A stretch of 64,000 nucleotides of DNA from Psammoneis japonica. Lineage: Eukaryota. Below are positions 1-12,000 of this stretch, in pieces; positions within the stretch are counted from its first letter, which is position 1; the number at the start of each line of letters is the position of its first letter. The translations under genes and the position numbers were made by a program. The stretch lies in contig QPGO01000061.1 of assembly GCA_008632985.1 (NCBI GenBank), positions 1 through 64,000 of the forward strand. The letters run 5' to 3'. The notes under the pieces are model-generated. The model saw nothing but the letters and a program-made list of their open reading frames with translations, was not told the origin of the DNA and did not search any database.

Positions 1-1337
1 TGCCATGAAGGACCCTCGGGCTTTTGCAGACACTCTCATGGAGAAACACAAGTTCAAGCTCAAGGGCATTGGACCATTGGAGTTCCATCTTGGTTGCAAC
101 TTCACCCATGATCCAGATGGCACCCTGTGCCTGCTCCCCACAAGCACATTGAGCGCATGGTTGACAACTGCACATGCCTCTTTGGGGAGAAGCCCTGCAC
201 TGACATGCTTTCACCCCTTGACAAGGGTGACCACCCTGAGCTTGACACCTCCGAGTTGCTCAACCGGAGGGCATCCACCAATTTCAATCCTTGATTGGTT
301 CCCTGCAATGGCCGCATCTCTTGGTTGCATTGACATTGCTGTGGCTGTCATGTCCCTGTCTGGCTTCCATGCAGTGCCCCACCAAGGCCACCAGACCGTG
401 CCAAATGCATCTGCGGATTCCCCTCTAAGATGCATCATGGTGCCCTCCAAGTGTGCACAAGGAGCCCGACTGTTTGGACCTTCCCAAGCCTGTGTGTGAC
501 TGGGCCCATCTGTGTGTGGGGGTGGAAGAGCTGCTCCCGCAGATGCACCCNCCAAGCCACTTGGCAAGTTTGTCACCACAACACACTGCATTGATGCACA
601 CTTGTTCCATTGCATGCTTGCATCCTCCATTTCCTCAGTGAGTTTCCAGCTGATTGGTTCTCTAAGAAACAAGCAACAGTCGAGACTGCTGTGTGTGGAT
701 CCGAGCTTGTTGCCGCAAGGACATGCGTTGAGCATGTCATTGATCCACGTGTCCCTTTGTGTCACATTGGTGTCCCCATTTGTGAAACATGTCACATGTT
801 TGGGGACAACGAGTTGGTTGTGGACAGTGCTGCCATCCCACACTCCAAGTTACACAAGCGGCACACTGCCCTCTTGTTCCATTGTGTGTGTGAGGCAATT
901 GCCTCCAGTTTCCTCAAGTTTCATTTTATCAAAGGCTCCCACAACCCAGCTGACATCCTCAGCAAGCATTGGGGCTGCTCCCAAGTCTGGAACCTCTTTT
1001 GTCCTCTAATGTTTTGGAACTTCAATCCCAAGGCTTTCAACCAATCTGACCTTGAATCTGTTGCTGTTGACCCCTCAAGCAAACTGGGGAGTGGCAGGAT
1101 TTGAACAAGATTTTAGTTTGTCACGCACAATTGTGTGTGCTCTTAGTTCCGTGTGCGCCATGCGATGCAGTTTGCTTTCAAGCCACATGGCTCACAAGAA
1201 CAATGACAGCAGTGCCTGCATCAACGACACCAGTCTTTAAGCTCCTGTGATGGTCTCTGTGCAGAGACTCATCTGCTGTCCAGACAGCAGCAAGGAGTCA
1301 TTGTTTTCTTCCACCCAGTCATCTTCATTTTCTGTCA
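1..1337 (+). mobile_element. 3' part of a Ty1/copia (CoDi-like) LTR retrotransposon: RT end, RNase H, PPT, 3' LTR; duplicate of 25768-27110
   Basis: KHKFKLKGIGPLEFHLG and RNase H motifs KQATVETAVCGSE, NPADILSKHW. PPT aaactggggag at 1081-1091, then the LTR. Near-identical to 25768-27110 with the same CTCTG flank. Confidence 0.95.
1092..1337 (+). repeat. 3' LTR (246 bp)
   Basis: TG...CTGTCA termini; aligns with LTRs at 20282, 26865 and (reverse) 8781, 15338. Confidence 0.95.
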
Positions 1338-2061
1338 CTCTGGAGCCTTGTGGTTTGCTTTTGTGACCATGCAACTCAAGAAAGAATGCATGACACACTG
1401 CATTCTGCAAATGAGATGGAGCAAAGGAAAGAATGAGCATGACTGCTCAATCTGCCACATTTTTGTTGGCCTTGTGAGGCTCTGCTTTTGCCTTGGCCTT
1501 AGCTCTGGATGCATCACAGTTTGCAGAATTGATGACAGCATGGCCACAGACAATCCCTTGAGAGCGGTCTCTTGATCCTTGCTGCTGCCCTCAACATGGG
1601 TCACTTTTCCAACATGTGGTCCTCCCAAGACAGGGGTGCACAATGTGGTGTCGACTTTGACAACACCTTCCGTAACTTCAAAAGCGACGATGATTTGACA
1701 ATGCTGGGAAACGCAGGGACAATGTCAGGCAAAAAAGAAAAAATCCATTCTGAGAGTCGATCAAGTGCTGAGCTGAAACCACCGCTGCACAAAAAAGCAC
1801 TTCTTGCGCCGCATGGCATGTCCGTCTGCAATCCGCTGGTTCATCCATGAACCTGGTGAATGGCAGACCCTGCGTTTTAGTTATTCCTGTCTGCCTGTCC
1901 TCATGTTTCGGCGATTGTCAATGGCGATTGTAGCGGGAGGAAGTAAAGATACCTCGCGTACAATGATCCTGAACACCGCAATGCGTTAATGATGCTAAGA
2001 ACAGGCCTTTTTATTGAAAGAAGATAAAAGCTGGGTTCTTTTTGTTTTGAGAGAGCATAGC

Positions 2062-3276
2062 ATGGCTCGTTCAACAAGTCGATTTCATTCCACAAACTTT
2101 CTCATTTTGACGGTCTTATTTGCCCTCCTCGGGTCGTTTTACTTTTCTTGGCGTGCGTGTATCCAGATTGATAAGGAACGAATCCAGCATGGCATTGCTT
2201 TGTTCCATGATGGCCGCATCCATAAGGCTGCTACTGTCTCAAGAAAGTGCGCAACGTGGATTCCTCGTGAGAATCGCAAAGTGCTCTTTGTCGATCTGCC
2301 TACCATGGCGACCTTTCAACATACAAAGGAAAACTTGACAGAGAACCTTCTGTCCTTCAAGACGGGAGAGTTCTACATGTCTGCTGCATGTGATTTTGCG
2401 TTACAATCCAACGGCTTTGTAGTTGACGAAACACGATGGGACGACTTTGAAATCATGAAGCTTGAAGAACTCCAATCCTATCACAGAATTGTGGTTGGCT
2501 GTTTGTATTACAATTGGGATGCTTGCCCATGGGGTAAAAGTGATAGAAAAGGCCTTGCAAAAACAGTGAAGAGACTGGGACCAATTCAATGCAAAATGAG
2601 AGTCTTGTACTGGTGGGAGCACGACGAAAACGAGACACCGCAGTTTCTTGGTCTCGACTTTCTACAGCCGCAACAAATCCTGACGCCATATGCTTTTAAC
2701 AAGAAAAACATTCACCTTGGATATTTCCCTCATGACTTGCTGGATACGAGGAATCACATGTCGGTAGCAGAGCGAGAAAGGACTGGCTTAATACTGGGAA
2801 AAGATGCAGCATTTATCCTGTACGAAGAAACCTTGCAGACCTTGGAGGCATTGCTCGACCACAATTTCACTCTGCACTCCACTTGTCATGACGGCAATTG
2901 TTCCATGTTGCCCAAACGAGTAATCAATCATCCATACTTATCTCCTAAACAGTACGCCGCCTTGACAGAACAAGCGGCGTTTCTCCTTGGAGTTGGGTAC
3001 CCCATTACGTCGCCATCTCCAATCGTGGCCATGAGCCGAGGCGCAGCATTCATAAACCCTATACAAGAGGGTGGAGATTCGCAGCACCCTCCCTTGGCAC
3101 ATCTTGGTCCTCCGTATGTATACAACGTGAATTTGACTGACGCACAAGAGGTATTGCGAGCTGCCGAATCAAGCGTAAAGCACAGATTCTCTTCGTTTGT
3201 GCCTGCTGAATTCCGAGTTGAAAGTACAATCGATAGAGTCTGCGCCATGCTGGAGAACGAGTCGCCATGTTTATGA
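2062..3276 (+). CDS. Glycosyltransferase family 18 (MGAT5/GnT-V-like), type II membrane protein, copy 1
   Basis: Intronless ORF with an N-terminal TM segment. LLGVGYPITSPSPIVAMSRGAAFINP, SQHP...GPPYVYNV, LQPQQ and CKMRVL resemble MGAT5 motifs (GLGFPYEGPAPLEAIANGCAFLNP, SQHPY). ATG at 2062 matches the paralog start at 27838. Confidence 0.8.
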   Translation: MARSTSRFHSTNFLILTVLFALLGSFYFSWRACIQIDKERIQHGIALFHDGRIHKAATVSRKCATWIPRENRKVLFVDLPTMATFQHTKENLTENLLSFKTGEFYMSAACDFALQSNGFVVDETRWDDFEIMKLEELQSYHRIVVGCLYYNWDACPWGKSDRKGLAKTVKRLGPIQCKMRVLYWWEHDENETPQFLGLDFLQPQQILTPYAFNKKNIHLGYFPHDLLDTRNHMSVAERERTGLILGKDAAFILYEETLQTLEALLDHNFTLHSTCHDGNCSMLPKRVINHPYLSPKQYAALTEQAAFLLGVGYPITSPSPIVAMSRGAAFINPIQEGGDSQHPPLAHLGPPYVYNVNLTDAQEVLRAAESSVKHRFSSFVPAEFRVESTIDRVCAMLENESPCL

Positions 3277-4421
3277 AAACCTTCTTTGTGGTCCCAAGGC
3301 ATTATATGTATTGACTATAAGAGCTGGAAGCCGCAAAAAAATCCTCAAGTGTCACAACAATTCAACGCCCTACAGTAATCATCCAACATCTTCTCAGTGG
3401 TGTCAAAAATGTTACGACAGAACAAGATACGAAAATGTATCGGCATTGATTCTGACAAAACGTAAGTAGCCTAACCATTGCTGTTTTTGCTCTCTCAAAT
3501 GGAGGATTCTTGGTAGAAACCTATGTACCGGTATGCATACTCCCTTGTAATATTTGAGATCGGATCTTTTCCATCCTAGTCCTAGAACTGAAAAAGACTC
3601 ACGATGGGGAGTGGCATTGATGCAAAAAGACAAATCATTTCCATTCATTAAATTACGAAACCAGTCATGTCGCCTACGAGCATTGCCTCTGCCTCAATCA
3701 CTCAACCAATGTTGTTGAGTTTCTCTATGCGATCATTGGCCAACTTATTGTAACTGGCGTGTTTGTTGTTCACCCAAATTCCAAGCTGGGATTTTTCGCG
3801 TTATCTATTATTGGAACTCTGCAATCACCATATTCGTACGATGCAATTGGACTGGAAACTTCTCCGCCGAGTGCAACAACAGACTCGCTACTAGAGGTAG
3901 GCACTCTAGATGAGAGGGCGGCCGAGCTGGCAGGTGAATCGATGATGAGATTCGATCGGCGCTCAACTTCCAAATGTGTGGAATAGAGAGCGGAGAAGCT
4001 GTCAGGCATAACTCTCGACACAACTACGTGTTATGGAATGAAGCGATCAAACTATAATATTGATGTGAAAGGGTATTTTACATCATCCTTGGTTCGCCGT
4101 TGACAGCAAACGTCAATGCAATCAAATGAAGCCACTTTCGAGTGGCACATGTATGCTTCGAATGGGAAAAAACCAAAAGCCCAACCACGTAGTCTCAGTT
4201 GTCACAATCCAATGACAACTTACGGTTCCCCCCCACACAACAAAACTATAAAAAATATATGAAACATGCATTGCACAGGGAAGAGTCTTCTTTCTTTCGA
4301 CTCTCGAGAGACCGTTCTCCAAATGCAGATAATGTGTATGCAGAACACGAACAACTCCGCACAGCAACTTACCAATGTTCTGCAAATATGCAATATGCAA
4401 ATGAATGATTCATTGGGCATC

Positions 4422-5943
4422 CTACCAGTATTTTTCAGTGTCGATCTCGAACGCCGCAATGTCTTGGTAGTCAGCCTGCTGAGAGGACGTCGCACCTGTG
4501 AAGCCGACGAAGACGTTTCTGTCGATGTCGAACAAATTATTCAACTCCAGATGGTCTACAAGAATGGGACTTTTAGGCCTGCGTCGATGTTGCTGACGAT
4601 CGTGATAGACACGCAAGGTATATCCATCGTAGGTTATCCAGAGGCCTCCGTAATCGTTATTGTAGGTGCGAACTGTCCTCCTGGGGGTTTCGTCCCGCTC
4701 GATGACGTCTCCATTGGGATTGACGACCTGGAGATGAACGTGATCCCCACTGTCATCATTTCTCGTTGGGGTATGATCTGAGGAAAGAGATCCGAGGTGA
4801 GAACGTCCAAAGAGTGAGGCAGCTGAAGAAGATCAACAAGGAAAAGTTTCCACCATGATACTTACATGTATCTAGCTCAACCACGAGTGCAGGTCTAGGT
4901 CCGTCGTAGACACCAAGATCACCGCCGGAATCGCCAACTGCTGAAGTGCCTGCCCTGTCCTGGTGCAAAGTGAATGTCATTCCAGAGCCTGAATTAGCAT
5001 TAGTACCATACATGCGGTAGACCATTTTCATCGAGAAGGAGAAATCGTCCCAATAACTGGTCAGCGGAAGGAACGCGGAAGAGGCGCGCCAATCTCCCCA
5101 ATCGTCAGGAGTGAGACGTATTGCACAACAGTGCGGGCAAAGCCTGATGGTCTTTGGATAACTTCCATCTCGGTAGTCAGATAAAGTATACCCATTCAGT
5201 TCAAAATCCGGGAGCGTGTTACAATTGCCGTCCCATTCATACGCGTAAATATCTTGGTCTGTGCAGCCACCAGGGTCCGTGAGCGTCACATATCCAGTGC
5301 ACGAATCGGTATGACCACACCTGTTCTCAACAGTGAGAGTAACACGGGTTGTACCAATTTGGTAATAACTCCCGGGCCTCTGAGTTTTCCTTCTTAGAGG
5401 ACGACCTGAGGGGTCGTATGACCCGTCGTCAATCGACACCCTGCGATTGCACGAGGGTGGGCCCCTGGCTTCCATGGTCACATCCTTGCAAAGTGCCACA
5501 GGTCTGCAGCAGCAGGTGGGGCAGCAGTAGGTCCCGTCAGTTCCGCCTTCCGGAACGACACCCTTGGGGTCCTCGCCTTTGGGATCATCGGATGGAGCCT
5601 GTTCTTCCTAGATAAAACGCGAAAAGAGAAACACAGAAAAGCAGTGATTTGAGATGATTCGTAATTGGACCGCACTGCAAAAGCGCTGTGCATCATTGCC
5701 AGACCGTGGAAGCGACTTACCTCGACTGGCAAAGCAGAGTTGTCCTTATCCGTGTCTTTATGGCATCGGTAATTGGATTCGTGTGCGAAATGTGCAGATG
5801 CGAACAGCAATGTGTCAGCAAGAACGAGGGCATGAAATTTACTGAGTCTCCAGATCATGTCAACAGTTGGCATGCGCCGCTTCCTCACCTTGAGCATATG
5901 CAGCAAGGATAAGAGAGGCAATAAGCAAGATATCAAATCGCAT
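4422..5943 (-). CDS. Secreted HYR-like + L-type (legume) lectin-domain protein, 4 exons, copy 1
   Basis: Signal peptide MRFDILLIASLILAAYAQ then a gtgagg donor; further GT-AG introns. HYR-like SIDDGSYDP...GTTRVTLTV. Lectin motifs IRLTP, GGDLGVY, VVELDT, WITYD, VFVGFTGAT. Stop at 4422. Confidence 0.85.
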
Positions 5944-6084
5944 GAGAATCGATCGTTAATGACAATGCAAAGGTAGCTGATTCGTTGTTGTTTGTTTTTT
6001 GACTTTTTTCTTTTTTTGGGAACTCCTTTGTGAATACCGTTTGCAGTGCCTTCCGTGCGTTCTGATGGCTCGTATCGTTTGACC

Positions 6085-6312
6085 GATAGGAAGACGAGAC
6101 CAGGCGATGTGTTAAATGTTCGGGAACATTTAAACGGTGAATGCTAGTTCAAGACATGATGTGCTTAGGGCCTAGACAGAAAGTTTTTATCTATTTGTCG
6201 GCAGCCCCATTAAATAACAACTGTCGGAAATATCATGATAAATGTTCACGAACATTTAGAGTCGCGTTTTTGGCGGCGTCGGTCCTCATGTCCACGCACA
6301 ACATCAGCAGCT
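6085..6312. repeat. Dispersed repeat upstream of the lectin genes containing TAAATGTTCnnGAACATTTA palindromes
   Basis: Palindromes at 6112-6133 and 6239-6258. Homologous blocks at ~32215-32700, ~34480-35060 and ~48550-49150. Confidence 0.75.
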
Positions 6313-7072
6313 CGCATCGGAATGCCAATGGCATTCTCCGTTGCAACTCGTCGCCGCCTGTCGAGGCCGTAGCAGCAGTTGTAATTTTGAAGAAGAGAGC
6401 GACATACACCATTAAAAATGGCTGCTGTCCCTCCTGTGGCTGCCGGAGGTGCCCCCCTGCACCCCCGAAGACGCACCAAGAGAAGTGGATGAGCCAAGGG
6501 GATCATTTGGGAGGAGAGCACACCAACCTCCTCAACCGCTGCCGCACCACGGGACCAGCTCCCACATTAGCCACCACTCTTCTTGAACATGTCATTGACT
6601 CCAGCAACATGGTCCCCAAGGCCTTCTTGGCCTTGGCTCGTCACGGAGCAGGCTGCCAAGTCACGTGTGTGTTCACAGACCCTCTGTGCACATCCGTGAC
6701 CCGGTGGACACGTCCCCTTGGGACAGACGAATCTTCTGTTTTCACAGAGACATTTTACCTAGCAATTTTTTAAACATTCTGGAGTCCCCGACCACACCCT
6801 TTGTTGTTGTGGGACCTCAGGTGGCGCCGATCGCACCTGACATGGCGGCCTCGGAAGGAGTTTTGTTGGACGATCACGACCTCATCCTGCCTCAGACAGA
6901 TGGCACTCCTGACACGGAAACCATCCAGGTGTGCCGGCTGGTCCAGGTGCCGCATGCCTGTCTGCACCTGGTTCTTGGTTGAGACTTGCGCCTCTTCAGG
7001 CATGGCGGGAGCTTGGGAGCGCCATCCAGAACGACGGCCGCATGGGAGACTTTGTCCTCTGCTTGACTGGTT

Positions 7073-8296
7073 GTGTGCCATGCTTGCCATGCATGCTGCT
7101 GCAAACCCAGACCCAGTCCATTGCCCAGGCAACTGCACCATGGCTCTTCCCCCACTCACAGTGGGCACGAATCTCTGCAAGAGCATTGCTGGCGTGCGCT
7201 GCTGCAGGACTTGCCGGCCCTGAACACCGCGGCGGTCGACAACACCAACAGAGCATTGGCCTTTGCCAACATTGTCCAAGCTGATGCCGCGTGGGCCAAA
7301 GCAACAAGGATGGCTGCAGCGGTGGCTGTGGCAGCCCCAAAAACAGCATCGGAGGCATTCCTGCAGACCACGCCAATCTGGCTGCTCCTGTCCAGTGTGC
7401 CCGACGCCGCCGCCCTGCCGGACCTGCACCAATCCTGGGCAAATGGCACAAAGGGCAAGTGGCACCTGTGCTTTGCACGCACCTTGGAGGTCCAAGCACA
7501 AGAGCCTGAAGCAGCATCTTGCATCACTCCTGTTGTTTCAAAGGAGCTCTTTGAGATGGTGTTCCAAGGTGAGGTTGCCCCACATGTGCACCAAGTGAAC
7601 AACTTGGCCACGGGAGTCTCCCCATTCACCTGTGGTTTCTTTGTCAATGGGCAAGGATCCACCATCCAAGTCAGAGCCGAGTGCTGCAATCTTTCCCCAG
7701 TGGGAAACCTCACCCCTGCTGTGGCAGAGCAGGAAGAGTTCCGCGCCAAGGATGCACCCTTGCTGTCCTCAATGCATCACTGTGGGTGCATGCTCCAGGG
7801 CACGAGTTTGGTCCTGGATGTAATTCAAGGGGATGATCACCCCCACACAGTGGCATTCCGTCAATTCTGCCTGGAGGATTGGCGGGATTTAGTCGACTTG
7901 TTGGAGCAGTCTGGCACCCTGCTGGTCAAAGGCAATGTCTTGCCGTGCATCCCGCCATTTGCTCGGCCAACCTGCGAGAGTGGTGGAGAACCCGCAGCCC
8001 ATCACCACCAAGGATGGCGGACGAGGCAGAACTGCAGGCAGCACCAGGCGGGAACCAGGTGCTGCCATCATGAACCCCAGCCCAGTCCAATCCTGGTTGA
8101 TGGCCTTCATGCAAGCCGGTGTCCATCTGGCCATGGTGCGATGATTCGCACCACGCACCACCGACTCTGCAGGAGTGCCATGCAAAACATGCTTGTCCCA
8201 TCACTTGGAGGGCACGTGCTTCGTGAACTGCAAGCATTGTGGGATGCAAGGAACCTGTCCCCAAGGGAAAGAATGGCAATGAGCGCTTTCGTCTGA
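7073..8296 (+). pseudogene. Ngaro gag-like region
   Basis: Long ORF upstream of RT. An alternative frame near 8185-8250 reads CLSHHLEGTCFVNC, resembling the zinc finger of DIRS-type gag. Confidence 0.55.
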
Positions 8297-8780
8297 GAAC
8301 ACCTTCCCAACCCACAAGATGGGGGTGTGCCAGCACCGGCACCCACACCGGCGGCCACCTGCTGAAGACCCGGGCCGGCCAGTCCCAGTGCTGGCCTGCA
8401 GCCTGCCTCTGCCAACTTGCAGCAAGGCCCATGTCAGCAGCACCCCCGCAGTGATGAGCCAGGCAAATTAGCAAAGGAACAGGTCAATCTCTCACACCAG
8501 TTGGGCTGGCCCCAGTTCATCACACACTTGCGTGGGGAACCTTGCATGGTGGAGAATGCAGGTCAGCCACCCCATCCAGCTGCCGAGCCACCACAAAGTC
8601 TCCATGACAACAGAGCACCTGCCCAGTTCACCACCCCCAACTGGATGCCAGCCCAGATCCGGATGACCACCGACCGCGGCAGCCATTCATCCACACGCGA
8701 GCACCTGGGCTTCTTCGAGGCTGACATGGCGGACATGATCCACAAGCGCTGCTGGACTGTCCTGCCACACAACAAGGTCG

Positions 8781-9025
8781 TGACAGAAAATGAAGATGAC
8801 TGGGTGGAAGAAAACAATGGCTCCTTGCTGCTGTCTAAATGGCAGATGAGTCTCCATGCAGAGACCGTTGCAGGAGCCGAAAGACTGGTGTCATGATGTC
8901 GGTGCCACTGTTGCCATTCTTGTGAGCCGTGTGGCTCGAGAGCAAACTACATCGCGCGACGCGCGTGGAACTAAGAGCACACACAATTGTGTGTGACAAA
9001 CTAAAATCTTGTTCAAATCTTGTCA
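8781..9025 (-). repeat. 3' LTR of copia A
   Basis: Direct repeat of 15338-15581, adjacent to the PPT. Confidence 0.95.
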
Positions 9026-12000
9026 CTCCCCAGTTTGCTTGAGGGGTCAACAGCGATAGATTCGAAGTCGGATTGGCTGCAAGCCTCGGGATCGAAGTTC
9101 CAAAACATTAGAGGACGAAGGAGGTTCCAGATTTGGGAGTGACCCCAATGCTTGCTGAGGATGTCAGCCGGGTTGCAGGAGCCTTCGATAAAATGAAACT
9201 CAAGGAAACCGGAGGCAATCGCCTCACGTACACGATGGAACAAGAGGGCGGTGTGTTGCTTGTGTGACTTGGAGTGCGGGATGGTGGCACTGTCCACAAC
9301 CAACTTGTTGTCCCCAAACATGTGACATGTTTCACGAATGCGAACGCCAAGGTGACGCAAAGTGATGCGCAAATCAATGATCTGCTCAACGCATGTCCTT
9401 GTGGCAACAAACTCGGATCCACACGCAGCAGTCTCGACTGTTGCTTGTTTCTTGGAGAACCAATCAGCCGGAAACTCATTGAGGAAATGGAGGATGCCGG
9501 TGACAGAGCGTCCAGTGAGCATGCAATGGAACAAGTTCGCATCAACGCAGTGTGTGGTGGTGATGAACTTGCCAAGCAGCTCGGGTGCGTCTTGCGGGAG
9601 CAGCTCTTCTGCCTCCCACACAAAGATTGAGCCCAGTCACACATGGGCTTGGGGAGGTCCGAACAGTTGGGCTCCTTGGTGCGCACTCGGAGGGTGCCAT
9701 GACGCATCTTGGAGAGGAATCCGCAGATGCATTTGGCACGGAGTGGGTGGCCTTGACGGGGCGCTGCACGGAAGCTGGACAGGGACATGACAGCCGCAGC
9801 AATGTCAATGTGACCCAAAGATGCGGCCCATTGCAGGGATCCAATCAAGGATTGGAGTTGGTGGATGCCATCCGGTTTGAGCAATTTGGAGGTGTCGAGC
9901 TCTGGGTGGTCACCCTTGTCAAGGGGTGAAAGCACATCAGTGCAGGGCTTCTCCCCAAAGAGGCATGCGTGGTTGTCAACCATGCACTCAATGCACTTGC
10001 AGGGAGCAAGGCACAGGGTGCCATCTGGGTCGCGGGTGAAGTTGCAGCCAAGATGGAACTCCAATGGTCCAGTGCCCTTGAGCTTGAACTTGTGCTTCTC
10101 CATGAGGGTGTCTGCAAAAGCCTGGGGGTCCTTCATGGCGAAGGCCAGGTCGTCCACATGCACTGCCACATGTTCGCAGTGGTCACCATTCCTGCGCAGC
10201 CAGATGTCGGGTTCGGCTTTGCATGGAAAGAAGCCTTCGGCACGCAAGCAATCGGCAAAGCGTTCATGCCATCTGAGGCCAGAGCTGTGGAGTCCATACA
10301 AGGCCTTGTGGATGACAAGGATGTGTCCTTCCAGGTCGCCGAACTCGGGGCCTGCCATGATGTACAGTTTCTCCTTGGCCACAGCTTCAAGGCAGGCGTT
10401 CCCAATGTCAGTGGCCCAGGTCATTAGTTCATTGAGTTCAGCCAGGAAGATCATCATTCGCAGGCCACAGAGAGACACCACTCCGGAACAGACACTGTTG
10501 ACGGGCACGTCTGTGAGGTGTCCATTGGCAACAAGCCTTGCTTTGTGCCGTCCGTCATGTTTGACGTCACAGATGAGATGCACCTGGATCTTCTTGTGTC
10601 CCAACGGAGCACTGGAATCCTTGTGGTGTCCGCAGTCATGGAAGACTTCGCACTCATCAAGCTGAGTCATCTCGAGGTCCGTTGCATCTCCCCACTTGTG
10701 GTTGCCGTTGCGCTCATCAAGGGTCATGGCATGCTTGCAGTCCCGTGGCACTTCATGCCCGCACTTGCATTGTGGCGCAGTGCAAAAGGAGCGTAACTTG
10801 GCTTGGTTGGCCATGCGGAATGGCTTCTTCTGACGAAGTGCTGTCTTGCAAAAACATCTCCATCCTTTGGTTTCTAGAAGGCCGTGCTCACGCGCATGGA
10901 TGGCACAGGTGATGGGGTTGTCCTTGGCAATGATGGCAAGAGGTTCGGACGTGATCTCCCCATTCTCCCATTCAAGCATGACGTTGTAGCTTGAGCCTTT
11001 CCATGAGGGATCATGGGGTCGCAATGGTCCTTCGAGCGATGCGATGCGTCAGAACTTCCAGAGAGTGGTGTCCTCGTCTTCTTGCTCAATGTGGTGCATG
11101 ATGTCATTGCAGGCTGGGACTTCCTCGCATTCGTCATTGTTGACAGAGCAGATGAACTTGACCAGTTCAGGATTGCCTCCAATTTTTCAGTCGTGGTCCT
11201 CAACGGCTTTGATGATGTGGGCTCTGTGGTGTTGTCCATCCTCTTGTGGCTTCATGAGGAAGGTGCGTCCCATGACATCTTCGGGGTCAAAGACCGGCAT
11301 TTTGGGCATCCTGATCGCCTCCCCATCTGGTGAATCTGGCAAATCCTTGGAGTCGTGGCGGGATTTAATGACAGGGTCAGCAGATTTCTCATCAGGAGGA
11401 TCAAGACGCAGGTTTGGAGCAGACGGGTCACGGGCGGAGCGCATGTTGTAATGGCAGAGAATCTTCTGAGTGTTGTCAGAAAGAATCTTGAACGTCATTT
11501 GGTGACCAACGTGTTCGGCGATGCCAACGAAGTGACCACGTAATTCACGGGATTCGGATGGCCAGTCAGAATCATCCAGGTGGCAGCACACGGGTTCCCA
11601 CCATTGAAAGCAGAGGAGCGGGCTGATGTCGGGAGCAGAGCCGGACAGCACCTTGGTGGAGGTGCACCAGTGGAGCTTGGCGGACGCCGTGTGGTTGAGC
11701 ACAAAACACATGCACATCAGGGCGAGCAGCCAGGTGCAAGCTGGGGACCCGAAGCGATCCATGACAGTGTCAGCCATGGTCTTCACAGTTTGGCAGCGGT
11801 GTTCAGCGAAATTCTGATGCTGGTGGTGAGGCTCGCTTTGCCAACTGGAGATGAAGATGGCACGAAGGATGCCAAGAACCTTGTTGCTGATCTCAACCTG
11901 AGCACGGTCGCTGATGAGCTTGGACGGGGCACCGCAGTTGCGAATGTTGTCTTTGAGGGTGTTGACAAATTCTTTGTCAGTTTTGGTGCCATGCACGTCA

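Noticed and set aside
2014..2061. Upstream extension of the GT18 ORF from a TTG start
   Set aside because: Non-ATG start and not preserved in the paralog, which begins at the equivalent of 2062.
3600..4025. Short ORFs in the GT18-lectin spacer (and at 45816-46330)
   Set aside because: Frames are not conserved in the paralogous spacer and no domain is recognisable.
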